From positions 1 through 29,847 of IMG/VR virus record IMGVR_UViG_3300022752_000280: a stretch of DNA of 29,847 nucleotides; one strand, 5' to 3'. Origin of the DNA: a virus (Duplodnaviria > Caudoviricetes). The notes under the pieces are model-generated. The model ran no database searches. It was given only the letters and a program-made list of their open reading frames with translations, and was not told the origin of the DNA. The translations under genes were made by a program, and so were the position numbers. Position 1 is the stretch's first letter; every line of letters starts with the position of its first letter. Of the stretch, positions 17,870 through 25,769 are shown one piece after another.

Positions 17870-18726
17870 GGAATCAACTCTACATCCCAGACCTTGCCAC
17901 GGATAGCAGTAACTTTGAATTTGCTACCACGCGGTAATAAGAATTCAGCCTCATTAGCGTTTCTATCCCAGTTTTCTTCACTTTGGTCTTTATATCCAGA
18001 AGGAAAAATTCCTTTGCTACCCGCTGGTAATCTCAAGCGCATTGCTAAACCTTGATACATACTTCCTGATGTTCCAAATTGCTGAGCAACTCCAGCATCA
18101 AGAGTGGTGGAGACATAACCTTTATCTTCAAAGACATCGCCTACTGTTAATTTTTCAAAGAAATTTAATCCGTTGCCTTTAATGCCACGATAAGCGATAA
18201 CTTCTTCTTGTAAAGGTGGGGCAGTCTCTATCGCTTTATCAAGGAACTCAATTGTGTCCTTGAAAGACTTCTCGCTAACTTGTGGGTCTCTAAGGGCATC
18301 ATTAAGACTGTAACCAAGGGCGCTTTCATACTCGCCTATTGCTCTGCGGAACTCTGGATACTTTTCCTCGGTGAAACCTTGTTTGCGTTGGCTTAACAAC
18401 ATCTCCTCAAAATAGGCATCTCTCTCTTTCATAGAACCAAATACTTGCATCTCATCGCTATACCATTGAGCCAAATCTTCATAGTTTCCTGAAGCCCAAT
18501 TGCCATGAGTTTTTTGGTCGTGAGAACCATGCTTTTCAACCATGTCTACATCTGTAGAAATATAAACTTCATCCCAATAACCTTTTGCAAGGATTCCAGT
18601 CAAGGTACGAGATTCGTACTCTTGACCATCTGCCTTAACATGGGCATAAATAACGCCATCTTTAATTTCATCAAAAAGAATTGTTGAACCGCTTTTTTTG
18701 GCATAGAGGATTTGACCTTTAATCAT
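17866..18726 (-). CDS. ADP-ribosyltransferase (VIP2/R-S-E type) with HDQ tag and 64-aa N-terminal extension
   Basis: LNDALR, AYRGI, DKGYVSTT, EAEFLLPRGSKFKV. Confidence 0.88.
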   Translation of the reverse strand: MIKGQILYAKKSGSTILFDEIKDGVIYAHVKADGQEYESRTLTGILAKGYWDEVYISTDVDMVEKHGSHDQKTHGNWASGNYEDLAQWYSDEMQVFGSMKERDAYFEEMLLSQRKQGFTEEKYPEFRRAIGEYESALGYSLNDALRDPQVSEKSFKDTIEFLDKAIETAPPLQEEVIAYRGIKGNGLNFFEKLTVGDVFEDKGYVSTTLDAGVAQQFGTSGSMYQGLAMRLRLPAGSKGIFPSGYKDQSEENWDRNANEAEFLLPRGSKFKVTAIRGKVWDVELIP

Positions 18727-20058
18727 TTAACCCTCCTTCTTTGGTAGCGGAAGAACTTCAACTGGAATATCAAAACCTTTGGCGGTAAGCGCTGTGCGGA
18801 TTGATTCGGCTTGGGCTACATGGTCTCTCGGAGTGTACTTATTAGTATCCCAGTTGTAATCGCTAGAGGGTACTACATAAACAGCCTTTATATCTTTAAG
18901 TTTTACTTGACCGTAAACTTGAGCCTCTGCGTAACTCTCACGCTGAAATCCCCCATGACTAGATGAAAGGTCGTGGTAAGCCCCAGCATTGATGAGGTCG
19001 GCTTTGCTATTACGGCTTAAAGGCTGAGGAATTGCATATCTATCCAAAGAATCTGGAATTGTGTATGAAGTTCGTTCTCTGACCTCATCTTTGAGAACAA
19101 CTCGAACTTCTCCATATTGACCTACGCCTGTGTTATTTACATTCCATTTATCTGTGTTATATGAAGAAGTGTTGGCTGTCTTGCCGTTATTCTGTACTGC
19201 TAAGTAACCATAGATAGGGCGTTCAGATGCTTTCGTATCAAGTGGAACTCCAGCCAAAGCCAACTCAGCCTCTCTACGCAGGGCTGGTTTATAGGCTCCA
19301 TTTGATTCTCTTGTTTCATGCTGAGTCTTAAATCTGCCATCCTTGATAACGCCAAGGAAATCTTCAGTTTCAATTGCTACAACTGGAGAAGCCTTGCTTA
19401 TGTTTTCGGAAAGAGTTTTCATGGTCTTGGCTCTTTGTTCAAAATATTCTCTGCTTCCACCTTTTTCTTGGTAGTCGGCAAAATCTCTTGAGTAAGTTTT
19501 TTCTGCCGCTTCTTGGCGGAGTGCTTCATTATGTAAGGTTACATATAAAGATGCTCGGGATGCAATAGCCTGTCCATAATAAAGAGCCTGACGAGAACCC
19601 ATTCCAGCATCAAGAGCCTCTCGTTGCGCGGCATCTTGAATTTCTTCATAATTTCCGCCAAGCATTTTTTCTTCAACATCTTCAAATATTTTCGCGCCTT
19701 CTGGGTCATCCCAATCATTCGGCGCTCTAAATGTCATAAATGGCTGGTCTAAACTGTCACGAACTGGCTCTCTTACGGTTAGATATTCATACCCAGAACC
19801 ATCTTCTTTTGGCTTGTGAATTCGCCTTCCTCGGGTGACTTCATTTTTTTTAGTAATTAAACCATTGTCAAAATACTTCTGAAGCGAACCTTTTATATCT
19901 TCAAGTTCGTGAGGCAATCCAGATGATGCCCAACGACCATGAGTAGATTGGTCATGCTGACCCATAAGATGCTTCTCGATATTTTCTTGATAAGGTTGCG
20001 GTTCAAGCAAGGGGCGAATATCGCAAATAGTTTCAAAAATTTCTTCTTTAGTTTCCAT
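18727..20058 (-). CDS. DUF3626-like protein (possible ART-fold enzyme) with HDQ tag
   Basis: GRFKTQHET..S.G, ERPIYGYL, YGEVRVVLK...RTSYT..DS, YAEAQVYG. Start re-called to METKEE (ATG 20058, AAGGGG RBS). Confidence 0.6.
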   Translation of the reverse strand: METKEEIFETICDIRPLLEPQPYQENIEKHLMGQHDQSTHGRWASSGLPHELEDIKGSLQKYFDNGLITKKNEVTRGRRIHKPKEDGSGYEYLTVREPVRDSLDQPFMTFRAPNDWDDPEGAKIFEDVEEKMLGGNYEEIQDAAQREALDAGMGSRQALYYGQAIASRASLYVTLHNEALRQEAAEKTYSRDFADYQEKGGSREYFEQRAKTMKTLSENISKASPVVAIETEDFLGVIKDGRFKTQHETRESNGAYKPALRREAELALAGVPLDTKASERPIYGYLAVQNNGKTANTSSYNTDKWNVNNTGVGQYGEVRVVLKDEVRERTSYTIPDSLDRYAIPQPLSRNSKADLINAGAYHDLSSSHGGFQRESYAEAQVYGQVKLKDIKAVYVVPSSDYNWDTNKYTPRDHVAQAESIRTALTAKGFDIPVEVLPLPKKEG

Positions 20059-20803
20059 CCGTGACCCCCTTTTCTTTATAGGCAGTCTGCAACGCTTTAG
20101 CGCGAGCAGAGCCAGCAACTTGTTCTACAACAAAAACATGATTTCGAGCAAACTCTACTCCGTGAGGTTGAAATTTTTCTGTTTGACTAATTGCTGTCGC
20201 ATAATGGCTTATTTCATGCAGAATTGCCGCTTCGTCTTTTGTAAATTGTCTATCAAGTGAAATTTCGTGCCTTGTTTTGATAATTCTTCCCGTGGCTCTA
20301 TCTTTTTGAAAACTAAGAATGTGGCGACCAGCAACACTTCCATTTCCTATTTTTACTTCCATTTTTGGTAGAGAACTGCCATCGCCAAAATGTTCTATAA
20401 ACCAATCCTCTTTGATAATTTTGTCTACATATTTTTTAACGCCAGATGGAGTACCGTCTAAAAATTCTTCGCCTGTTTTGCTAACAATATTTGCCTGTTC
20501 ATCTACAACCCATGCCATCCATTTTTTGTTATATTCCTTGTAAGCCTTGTCGTAATCATCTTTTGATGGAAAGTCGTCAATTCGAGGGTAATCAGGTCCC
20601 TTAGTTTTTTCTTTCTTTGGAACCAAGGAATTTTCGGCATCATAAACTTTTCTTTTGAGTGGGTCTGATGTTCCATGCAAAGCCATGGTCTCTGCAATGC
20701 CAAGATTATTCCCTCCATGCGCCCAAGAACCATGAGTTGATTGGTCATGTTCGCCATGCTTAAGAACTGGAATTAACCCAGGCGCGAACTTAATTACCTT
20801 CAT
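20048..20803 (-). CDS. HEXXH zincin metallopeptidase-like protein with HDQ tag
   Basis: ILHEISHY followed by HGVEF (third ligand, SprT/TIGR04338-like spacing). Confidence 0.75.
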   Translation of the reverse strand: MKVIKFAPGLIPVLKHGEHDQSTHGSWAHGGNNLGIAETMALHGTSDPLKRKVYDAENSLVPKKEKTKGPDYPRIDDFPSKDDYDKAYKEYNKKWMAWVVDEQANIVSKTGEEFLDGTPSGVKKYVDKIIKEDWFIEHFGDGSSLPKMEVKIGNGSVAGRHILSFQKDRATGRIIKTRHEISLDRQFTKDEAAILHEISHYATAISQTEKFQPHGVEFARNHVFVVEQVAGSARAKALQTAYKEKGVTDGN

Positions 20804-21810
20804 TGGGTGCCTCTATCTGGCGGCAAGATTACAAAGGTGCAACGGCAATTAGGGTGGACAATTGGATTCTGAAGTCCAATAGAAAATAAACCATTCCAAG
20901 GAACTATTTCTCCATTTAGCGGAGCGCAAATATCACAGGTGCGCTCATCTTGAGCAGTAATCCAAATTTTTACGGATTCTGGAGCAATATATCCCGCTTC
21001 ATCGGCTTGGCGATAGCCTTCCATTCGCCCTTCATTTTGGGCTATCTGAATCTCTGTACGAGCAATGGTCTTAGCGCGAGCGCTCTTAAGACGGTCTGCA
21101 TACGCTGTAGCAGATTTTTCGGCGCGTTCGATTGCCTGAGCCTCTTTGATACCAGCCTTAATTAAACGGTCTAGTTCACGATTCTCGAACTTTCGAACGG
21201 CATCAGCCCACTTTGGGTGAAGACCAATTATGTTTTTGATTCGAACTGCTGTTCGCCTTACATCAATACCCTCATTGAAGGAATCAATAATTATTTTACG
21301 AATTGCTTGACGAGTTAAGTCATCAATACTAACCACCAACTGACCAGCCCTACGGGATGCAAAGGCTAGAGAGTTAGGGTTGGTTTTCTTGAAAGAAAGA
21401 TTAAATGCGATTGGCTCTGGATTGACTCTCGCCCAATTGGGAATTTTTGTAAAGTCCATGTTAGCCATGGCTTCGGGGTTGGCAATTTCAACTTTACTTG
21501 GGGTAAACGCTGGAAGAGCCAAACTGGGGGCAATTTTTTGAAGAGCCTTGATTGCATCATTTCCACCAATATCAATGATATTAAGCAATTGTTTTTCAAT
21601 CTGAGGAGCATTATCGTTAATTGAAATTGCACGGAGTAAACGGTCTAAAGTGTCGGCATCAAGTCGCCCAAGAATACGAGCCAACTCATCCACTTTAATT
21701 TTGTCCGTTGCGTTGCGGATTGCATTGACAAGAACACGCGCCATCGCCGCTTCTTCAGCGGTGAGAGGGTTTCTGGAGCCATCTGAGCCAGAGCCGAACC
21801 TAATTGCCAT
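20800..21810 (-). CDS. MuF / SPP1 gp7-like head morphogenesis protein (short form)
   Basis: RAKTIARTEI, KIWITAQDERTCDIC..LNG, HPNCRC; directly after the portal. Confidence 0.9.
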   Translation of the reverse strand: MAIRFGSGSDGSRNPLTAEEAAMARVLVNAIRNATDKIKVDELARILGRLDADTLDRLLRAISINDNAPQIEKQLLNIIDIGGNDAIKALQKIAPSLALPAFTPSKVEIANPEAMANMDFTKIPNWARVNPEPIAFNLSFKKTNPNSLAFASRRAGQLVVSIDDLTRQAIRKIIIDSFNEGIDVRRTAVRIKNIIGLHPKWADAVRKFENRELDRLIKAGIKEAQAIERAEKSATAYADRLKSARAKTIARTEIQIAQNEGRMEGYRQADEAGYIAPESVKIWITAQDERTCDICAPLNGEIVPWNGLFSIGLQNPIVHPNCRCTFVILPPDRGTQ

Positions 21811-21813
21811 GCT

Positions 21814-23241
21814 CTACTCCAAATCGCCGTCTAGCGGTTCCTGTCCTTCTGGAATGTTTAATTCTTCTTCCAGAGATGGTGGATTATCAAAATTCTCTGG
21901 TGGGGTTCCTTCAGCATTAGGCATTGCAGGAGCGCCATAGGCTTCCTGACCATCATGCTCGGCAGGTGGTAATCCAGCCAAATCACGGAGGTAATCTTCC
22001 AACTTAGGGTCTGGCATAAGAACTCCAGCGGTAGCCAACTTCGTTACGAAGTCTGAAATCTCAGTCAAATCAACATGGCTTACTTCTCCGTATGCAAGGT
22101 ATGGGCATCGTGTTCCATCCATTCCATTAAGTTTTAATAAGCGTGGAATTGCATATTGGTTAAATACTTCAGCAATGTTCTTAGCAATTGAATCTACAGC
22201 CATTGACCATAAATCCATCTTTGATGAACCTAGGGCGTATGAGCCAACTCGGTCAGAGCCAAGAAGAATAAAATCAGAAAGGATTGACATAGACATACGC
22301 TGGTCATAGCGCTGAACAATCTTGTCTGTATCGAACTGGCGTGAACCGCCTGAAGATAGAAGAACTAGGTCGAACTGCTTATGTCCTGCATCATCATAAA
22401 GTGTTGGGAATACAACTCCCTCTTGCTCGTTGCGCTTGATAGATGTAACGATGTTTTGAACTGTTGCCAAAACATTCGCTTGCTCGGTTGTAGCCCCGCT
22501 TGATAAATACTCTGGTGGTACATAGGCAACTGGCAAACCTGCTAGGTCGCGCTCAATACCAACTGCTTCGATTTCTTCGATACGGCGCTTGAAGAACCAA
22601 GGGCGATATGCGTTACGAAGGATTGAGCGACCCTCTGGATTGTTCTTTGCTGTAGTTGTACGGAATAACAAAGCCTTTTCGATAGGGATGATGTGAGTGC
22701 CACCCGATGATGGGTCGGTCTGCTCCATCGCTTGAATTCCACCTTGCTCATCAATCTGCCAGCGGAACAAAGTCTCTTGAGAACGAACTGGCAACTTGCG
22801 CCAGCCAATTTTGTTATCTGTGTGCTTAGAGCGCTTAGATGGGTCTTTTTCTTCTGGACCTTTGCGGGTTTTGTAAACAATTTCGTGATACGAGTATCCA
22901 AATATAAGCATTGAGAGAATTTGAGAAAGTGTTTGGTCCCATGAATCTGACATATCGTGCAGACACGAATTAATGAACTCTGCTACTTCTTCATCTTCAG
23001 GTTTTACATCACCATCGGCTGAATTATCTGAATATGGGTCTACACGCCATTCAAGACGAGTAATAACTTTTTCAATTGCATAAAGCATTGACCCGATTGT
23101 TGGGTCATTGTCTGCCATTTCACGGTAGACCTTTGCCCCACGAAGTCCACGAAGATTAACAAGAAATTCTTCATAGACGGTACCACCTGAACGGCGTAGC
23201 CCAGTAGAGCCGAGTTCCTGTAAATCTGGCTTTTCTGCCAT
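21814..23241 (-). CDS. Portal protein (Mu gp29/DUF935-like)
   Basis: 475 aa; NPEGRSILRNAYRPW..K...EAVGIERDLAGLP, GSYALG, IPRLLKLNG; precedes MuF. Confidence 0.88.
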   Translation of the reverse strand: MAEKPDLQELGSTGLRRSGGTVYEEFLVNLRGLRGAKVYREMADNDPTIGSMLYAIEKVITRLEWRVDPYSDNSADGDVKPEDEEVAEFINSCLHDMSDSWDQTLSQILSMLIFGYSYHEIVYKTRKGPEEKDPSKRSKHTDNKIGWRKLPVRSQETLFRWQIDEQGGIQAMEQTDPSSGGTHIIPIEKALLFRTTTAKNNPEGRSILRNAYRPWFFKRRIEEIEAVGIERDLAGLPVAYVPPEYLSSGATTEQANVLATVQNIVTSIKRNEQEGVVFPTLYDDAGHKQFDLVLLSSGGSRQFDTDKIVQRYDQRMSMSILSDFILLGSDRVGSYALGSSKMDLWSMAVDSIAKNIAEVFNQYAIPRLLKLNGMDGTRCPYLAYGEVSHVDLTEISDFVTKLATAGVLMPDPKLEDYLRDLAGLPPAEHDGQEAYGAPAMPNAEGTPPENFDNPPSLEEELNIPEGQEPLDGDLE

Positions 23242-23250
23242 TGCTTCCCT

Positions 23251-23409
23251 CTACTCTTTAGTTGCTAGTCCGACAAGAATCTTGATTGCCTGTTCTTCGT
23301 TGAATCCTGCACTTTGCAATTCCAAGAATAGTTCATGCGTTTGTACAGCGAAAGCGCCGAGAACGGACATGACACCATGGCGATTTATGCCAGAGTAGTC
23401 ATCTTCCAC
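23251..23409 (-). CDS. Small hypothetical protein (52 aa)
   Basis: Manual translation MEDDYSG...HELFLELQSAGFNEEQAIKILVGLATKE; GTG start 6 nt after TAAAAT. Confidence 0.65.
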   Translation of the reverse strand: MEDDYSGINRHGVMSVLGAFAVQTHELFLELQSAGFNEEQAIKILVGLATKE

Positions 23410-23441
23410 CCAATGATTTTAGCATTAAGTGAATTTTGTAC

Positions 23442-23741
23442 TTATTCTCCGTCTAGGACAAATTCTCTTGAATTCAAACGCAGGTTAGCAACCTCTGTTG
23501 CGAACTTACGAGCCATGTCTTTTGTACCTGCTTGAGCATACATACGATGCTCAGTTTGTTCGCCAAGTGAATTGAATGACCGAAACGAAATCTTGAATGG
23601 AAGTTCAAAACTTGTTTCAGTCAATTCAATTTCCACATAGTCGCGTGGAGCAATCTCATGCGATACGAATGGCTTACCTTGCTCAGATACAACTACTTTA
23701 GCGCCAGCAATATTGCTAACGAAGTAATCAGTCCATGCCAC
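23442..23741 (-). CDS. Hypothetical protein
   Basis: 99 aa; AAGGGG RBS. Confidence 0.6.
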   Translation of the reverse strand: MAWTDYFVSNIAGAKVVVSEQGKPFVSHEIAPRDYVEIELTETSFELPFKISFRSFNSLGEQTEHRMYAQAGTKDMARKFATEVANLRLNSREFVLDGE

Positions 23742-23793
23742 GATTTTCCCCTTTCGTAAGGAAATTATTAACCCCTAGCATACTATACGATGG

Positions 23794-24225
23794 TTAGAAA
23801 GGCGCAACATCCGAACCGAATGGAGCGCTCCAAGGGTCAGGCGTAGATGGATTGAATGAGCCATCTGTACGGTGAATAACGCTTGCGCTGGTCACATGGC
23901 GCTTGAGGTCAATACCGACATTCCATGCGGTGACTGCAATCTTTGAGCGCTTAGCCCCTGTTGCCTTGTCATCCCAATTCTCTTGAACTGCCGTGCCAAC
24001 AACAATGACCGACATTCCCTTTTGAACTGAATCGGCTACATTCTCTGCTGTCTTACCCCAACATTTAATATCCCAAAATGTTGTATCGGTGTTCTCCCAT
24101 GAGCCATCGGCTTGTTTAACTGATTTTGATGATACGACTGTAAAACTTGAAACTGTTTTTCCAGATGGCGTAACACGCAAATCTGGGTCTGCTACTACAT
24201 TTCCCGTAATTGTTAATTGAGTCAT
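23794..24225 (-). CDS. ssb: Single-stranded DNA-binding protein
   Basis: ITGNVVADPDLRVTPSG...W...AENVADS..KG..VIV.G; acidic tail ending DVAPF. Start re-called to ATG 24225 (TAATG overlap). Confidence 0.92.
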   Translation of the reverse strand: MTQLTITGNVVADPDLRVTPSGKTVSSFTVVSSKSVKQADGSWENTDTTFWDIKCWGKTAENVADSVQKGMSVIVVGTAVQENWDDKATGAKRSKIAVTAWNVGIDLKRHVTSASVIHRTDGSFNPSTPDPWSAPFGSDVAPF

Positions 24226-24488
24226 TAGAATCTTCTTTCGGTTATAGGTATCGGGATGATATTTAGTTTTTTTCTCATTTTTTGTCTTTCTCTTGCGGAG
24301 GTGCCTCCCCAGATTCCGACTACTGTGTAATGTAGCGCGTAGGTCAGACATTCTTTCTTCCATGCACATCCATTGCACATTGCTTTTACTTTTTTATTTT
24401 CTTCTGAGATTTTATTCCTCTCTGGAAAATAAAACTCTGTATCAATCTGTGAGCAAATCGCTCCTTCGAACTGCCAAGGCTTCAACAC
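24225..24488 (-). CDS. whiB: WhiB-family Fe-S transcription factor
   Basis: Four Cys (C..., CNGC, C) and GIWGGTSARER. Confidence 0.92.
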   Translation of the reverse strand: MLKPWQFEGAICSQIDTEFYFPERNKISEENKKVKAMCNGCAWKKECLTYALHYTVVGIWGGTSARERQKMRKKLNIIPIPITERRF

Positions 24489-24762
24489 TTATGAATACTT
24501 CTCTCTCCTCATTGACTTTTAATTGATACGGGGAAGCAGGAGATAAACTAGCCAAAATATTTCCATTGCGCCATACCTTGCCAGCCGCAATTCCATCGTA
24601 ATGAGAACTCTCAGGCTTTACTAGAGAATCACAATCGTTCCAGAATTTACAATTGCGACAATACGCTAAACCAGGCTGGGCAAGGTCTAATTGATATTGG
24701 TCAAAAAGCCAAGGGTCTGAATCTCTACATGGCGCATTGCTTAGAAACTCTAATAAACTCAT
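24442..24762 (-). CDS. Divergent WhiB-like protein
   Basis: APCRDSDPWLF...YCRNCKFWNDC...GIAAG; four Cys with a degenerate turn motif. Confidence 0.7.
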   Translation of the reverse strand: MSLLEFLSNAPCRDSDPWLFDQYQLDLAQPGLAYCRNCKFWNDCDSLVKPESSHYDGIAAGKVWRNGNILASLSPASPYQLKVNEEREVFISVEALAVRRSDLLTD

Positions 24763-24778
24763 GGTGTAAATACTAGGG

Positions 24779-24898
24779 TTAGTTATTTGATTCCTCTGGG
24801 ATTTGCCATGATGGGCGTGTCGCTAATTCACCATATCGTTCAATCAGAAGTTTCTTCAGGAGTTCTTGTCTCTCCTCCTCCGTCAATGTCATCGTCAT
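24779..24898 (-). CDS. Small hypothetical protein (39 aa)
   Basis: MTMTLTEEERQELLKKLLIERYGELATRPSWQIPEESNN; GGAGG upstream; overlaps the end of 24840..25130. Confidence 0.4.
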   Translation of the reverse strand: MTMTLTEEERQELLKKLLIERYGELATRPSWQIPEESNN

Positions 24899-25130
24899 AC
24901 AAGTTTTCCTCCCCCCATGTTTCTATTGCGTGATGAAGTAATCCCTTTTGTCGCCAATCTGGATTTTGGTCATCTGCAAAAGTTGTTGTCCAAAAACCAT
25001 CTGGAGTTCCATCTGTCCATTCCGCTACCAAGACCCAGCCCGTACAAATGGCTGGGTCAAGGAAGGCAACTCTGGCTATCTCAGCAAGAGCATTATCTAT
25101 TGCGGAAGGTTTCTTTTGTTCTTCATCCAT
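24840..25130 (-). CDS. Hypothetical protein
   Basis: 96 aa; TGWVLVAEW...PDWRQKGLL. Confidence 0.6.
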   Translation of the reverse strand: MDEEQKKPSAIDNALAEIARVAFLDPAICTGWVLVAEWTDGTPDGFWTTTFADDQNPDWRQKGLLHHAIETWGEENLYDDDIDGGGETRTPEETSD

Positions 25131-25139
25131 GCACCAACC

Positions 25140-25601
25140 TTAGTACCAAAAATTTCGGTGCCAGAAGTAATTGGCTTGGCATGGCGTGTCATATCGAGAT
25201 TGAATATATTCAAATCCACGCTGAATCTGGTACTCCACGGTGGAATCTGGGTCAAGCCCTAGAATCTGTGGAATTCCTCCAGCATGGAGGCGCTCGCCAT
25301 TTTGATAAACGGCTTGCTTGTTATATGCGTTCGGTCTCCAATTAGATTCGCCAGTCCACAAATCAATGAGGCAAGCCCATTGCTTAGGTGTATCCCAACC
25401 GAATTTATCTAATTTATTTTTGGCATATTCCTGTGCCGCCTCTGGTGTTCTTTCAACCAAAACAGGCTTAGGTGGTTCAACTATCTCAACTGCATTTGCC
25501 GAAGGGTCTCTTGGCATTTGAAGCGGATTAGTTGTAATCAGTAATGCGCTGATTAGCGCGATGTGAATAGGTTTTAAGGTAACGCTTTCATAGAATCGCA
25601 T
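25140..25601 (-). CDS. Secreted lytic transglycosylase-like (lysozyme-fold) protein
   Basis: N-terminal hydrophobic segment; QWACLIDLWTGESNW, GIPQ, YIQSRYDTPC.A..FW...WY. Confidence 0.8.
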   Translation of the reverse strand: MRFYESVTLKPIHIALISALLITTNPLQMPRDPSANAVEIVEPPKPVLVERTPEAAQEYAKNKLDKFGWDTPKQWACLIDLWTGESNWRPNAYNKQAVYQNGERLHAGGIPQILGLDPDSTVEYQIQRGFEYIQSRYDTPCQANYFWHRNFWY

Positions 25602-25769
25602 AATCCTCCATAGTTCGGAGCGAACGATTTATCGTTACTGGATGTAACGGTTCATTGTTGTCAGTATCGGACTGACCTCGCTTTTGAGGTGTAGGTGTTT
25701 TGCGAACCTGCAATAAAGGTAGCAGATAAAACTGTGATTACAAATTAAGTGGGGTAATAAATAAAAGGC

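Larger units (their letters stand above)
10942..20761 (-). repeat. Dispersed coding repeat: 10 copies of K-H-x(2-4)-H-D-Q-x-[TS]-H-G-x-W-A
   Basis: Copies at 10942-10983, 12854-12895, 13493-13540, 15693-15740, 16416-16463, 17013-17054, 17771-17812, 18493-18534, 19927-19974 and 20720-20761. Conserved as peptide, with synonymous DNA variation. Confidence 0.97.

Noticed and set aside
20059-20118. N-terminal extension of the DUF3626-like ORF
   Set aside because: It overlaps the peptidase gene; the RBS favours ATG 20058.
10942-20761. HDQ repeats as a CRISPR array or DGR template/variable repeats
   Set aside because: Copies are in-frame, 0.6-2.2 kb apart and vary mostly synonymously; no cas gene, reverse transcriptase or adenine-specific variation is visible.
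24226-24378. N-terminal extension of SSB
   Set aside because: It overlaps whiB; SSB similarity begins at the coupled ATG 24225.
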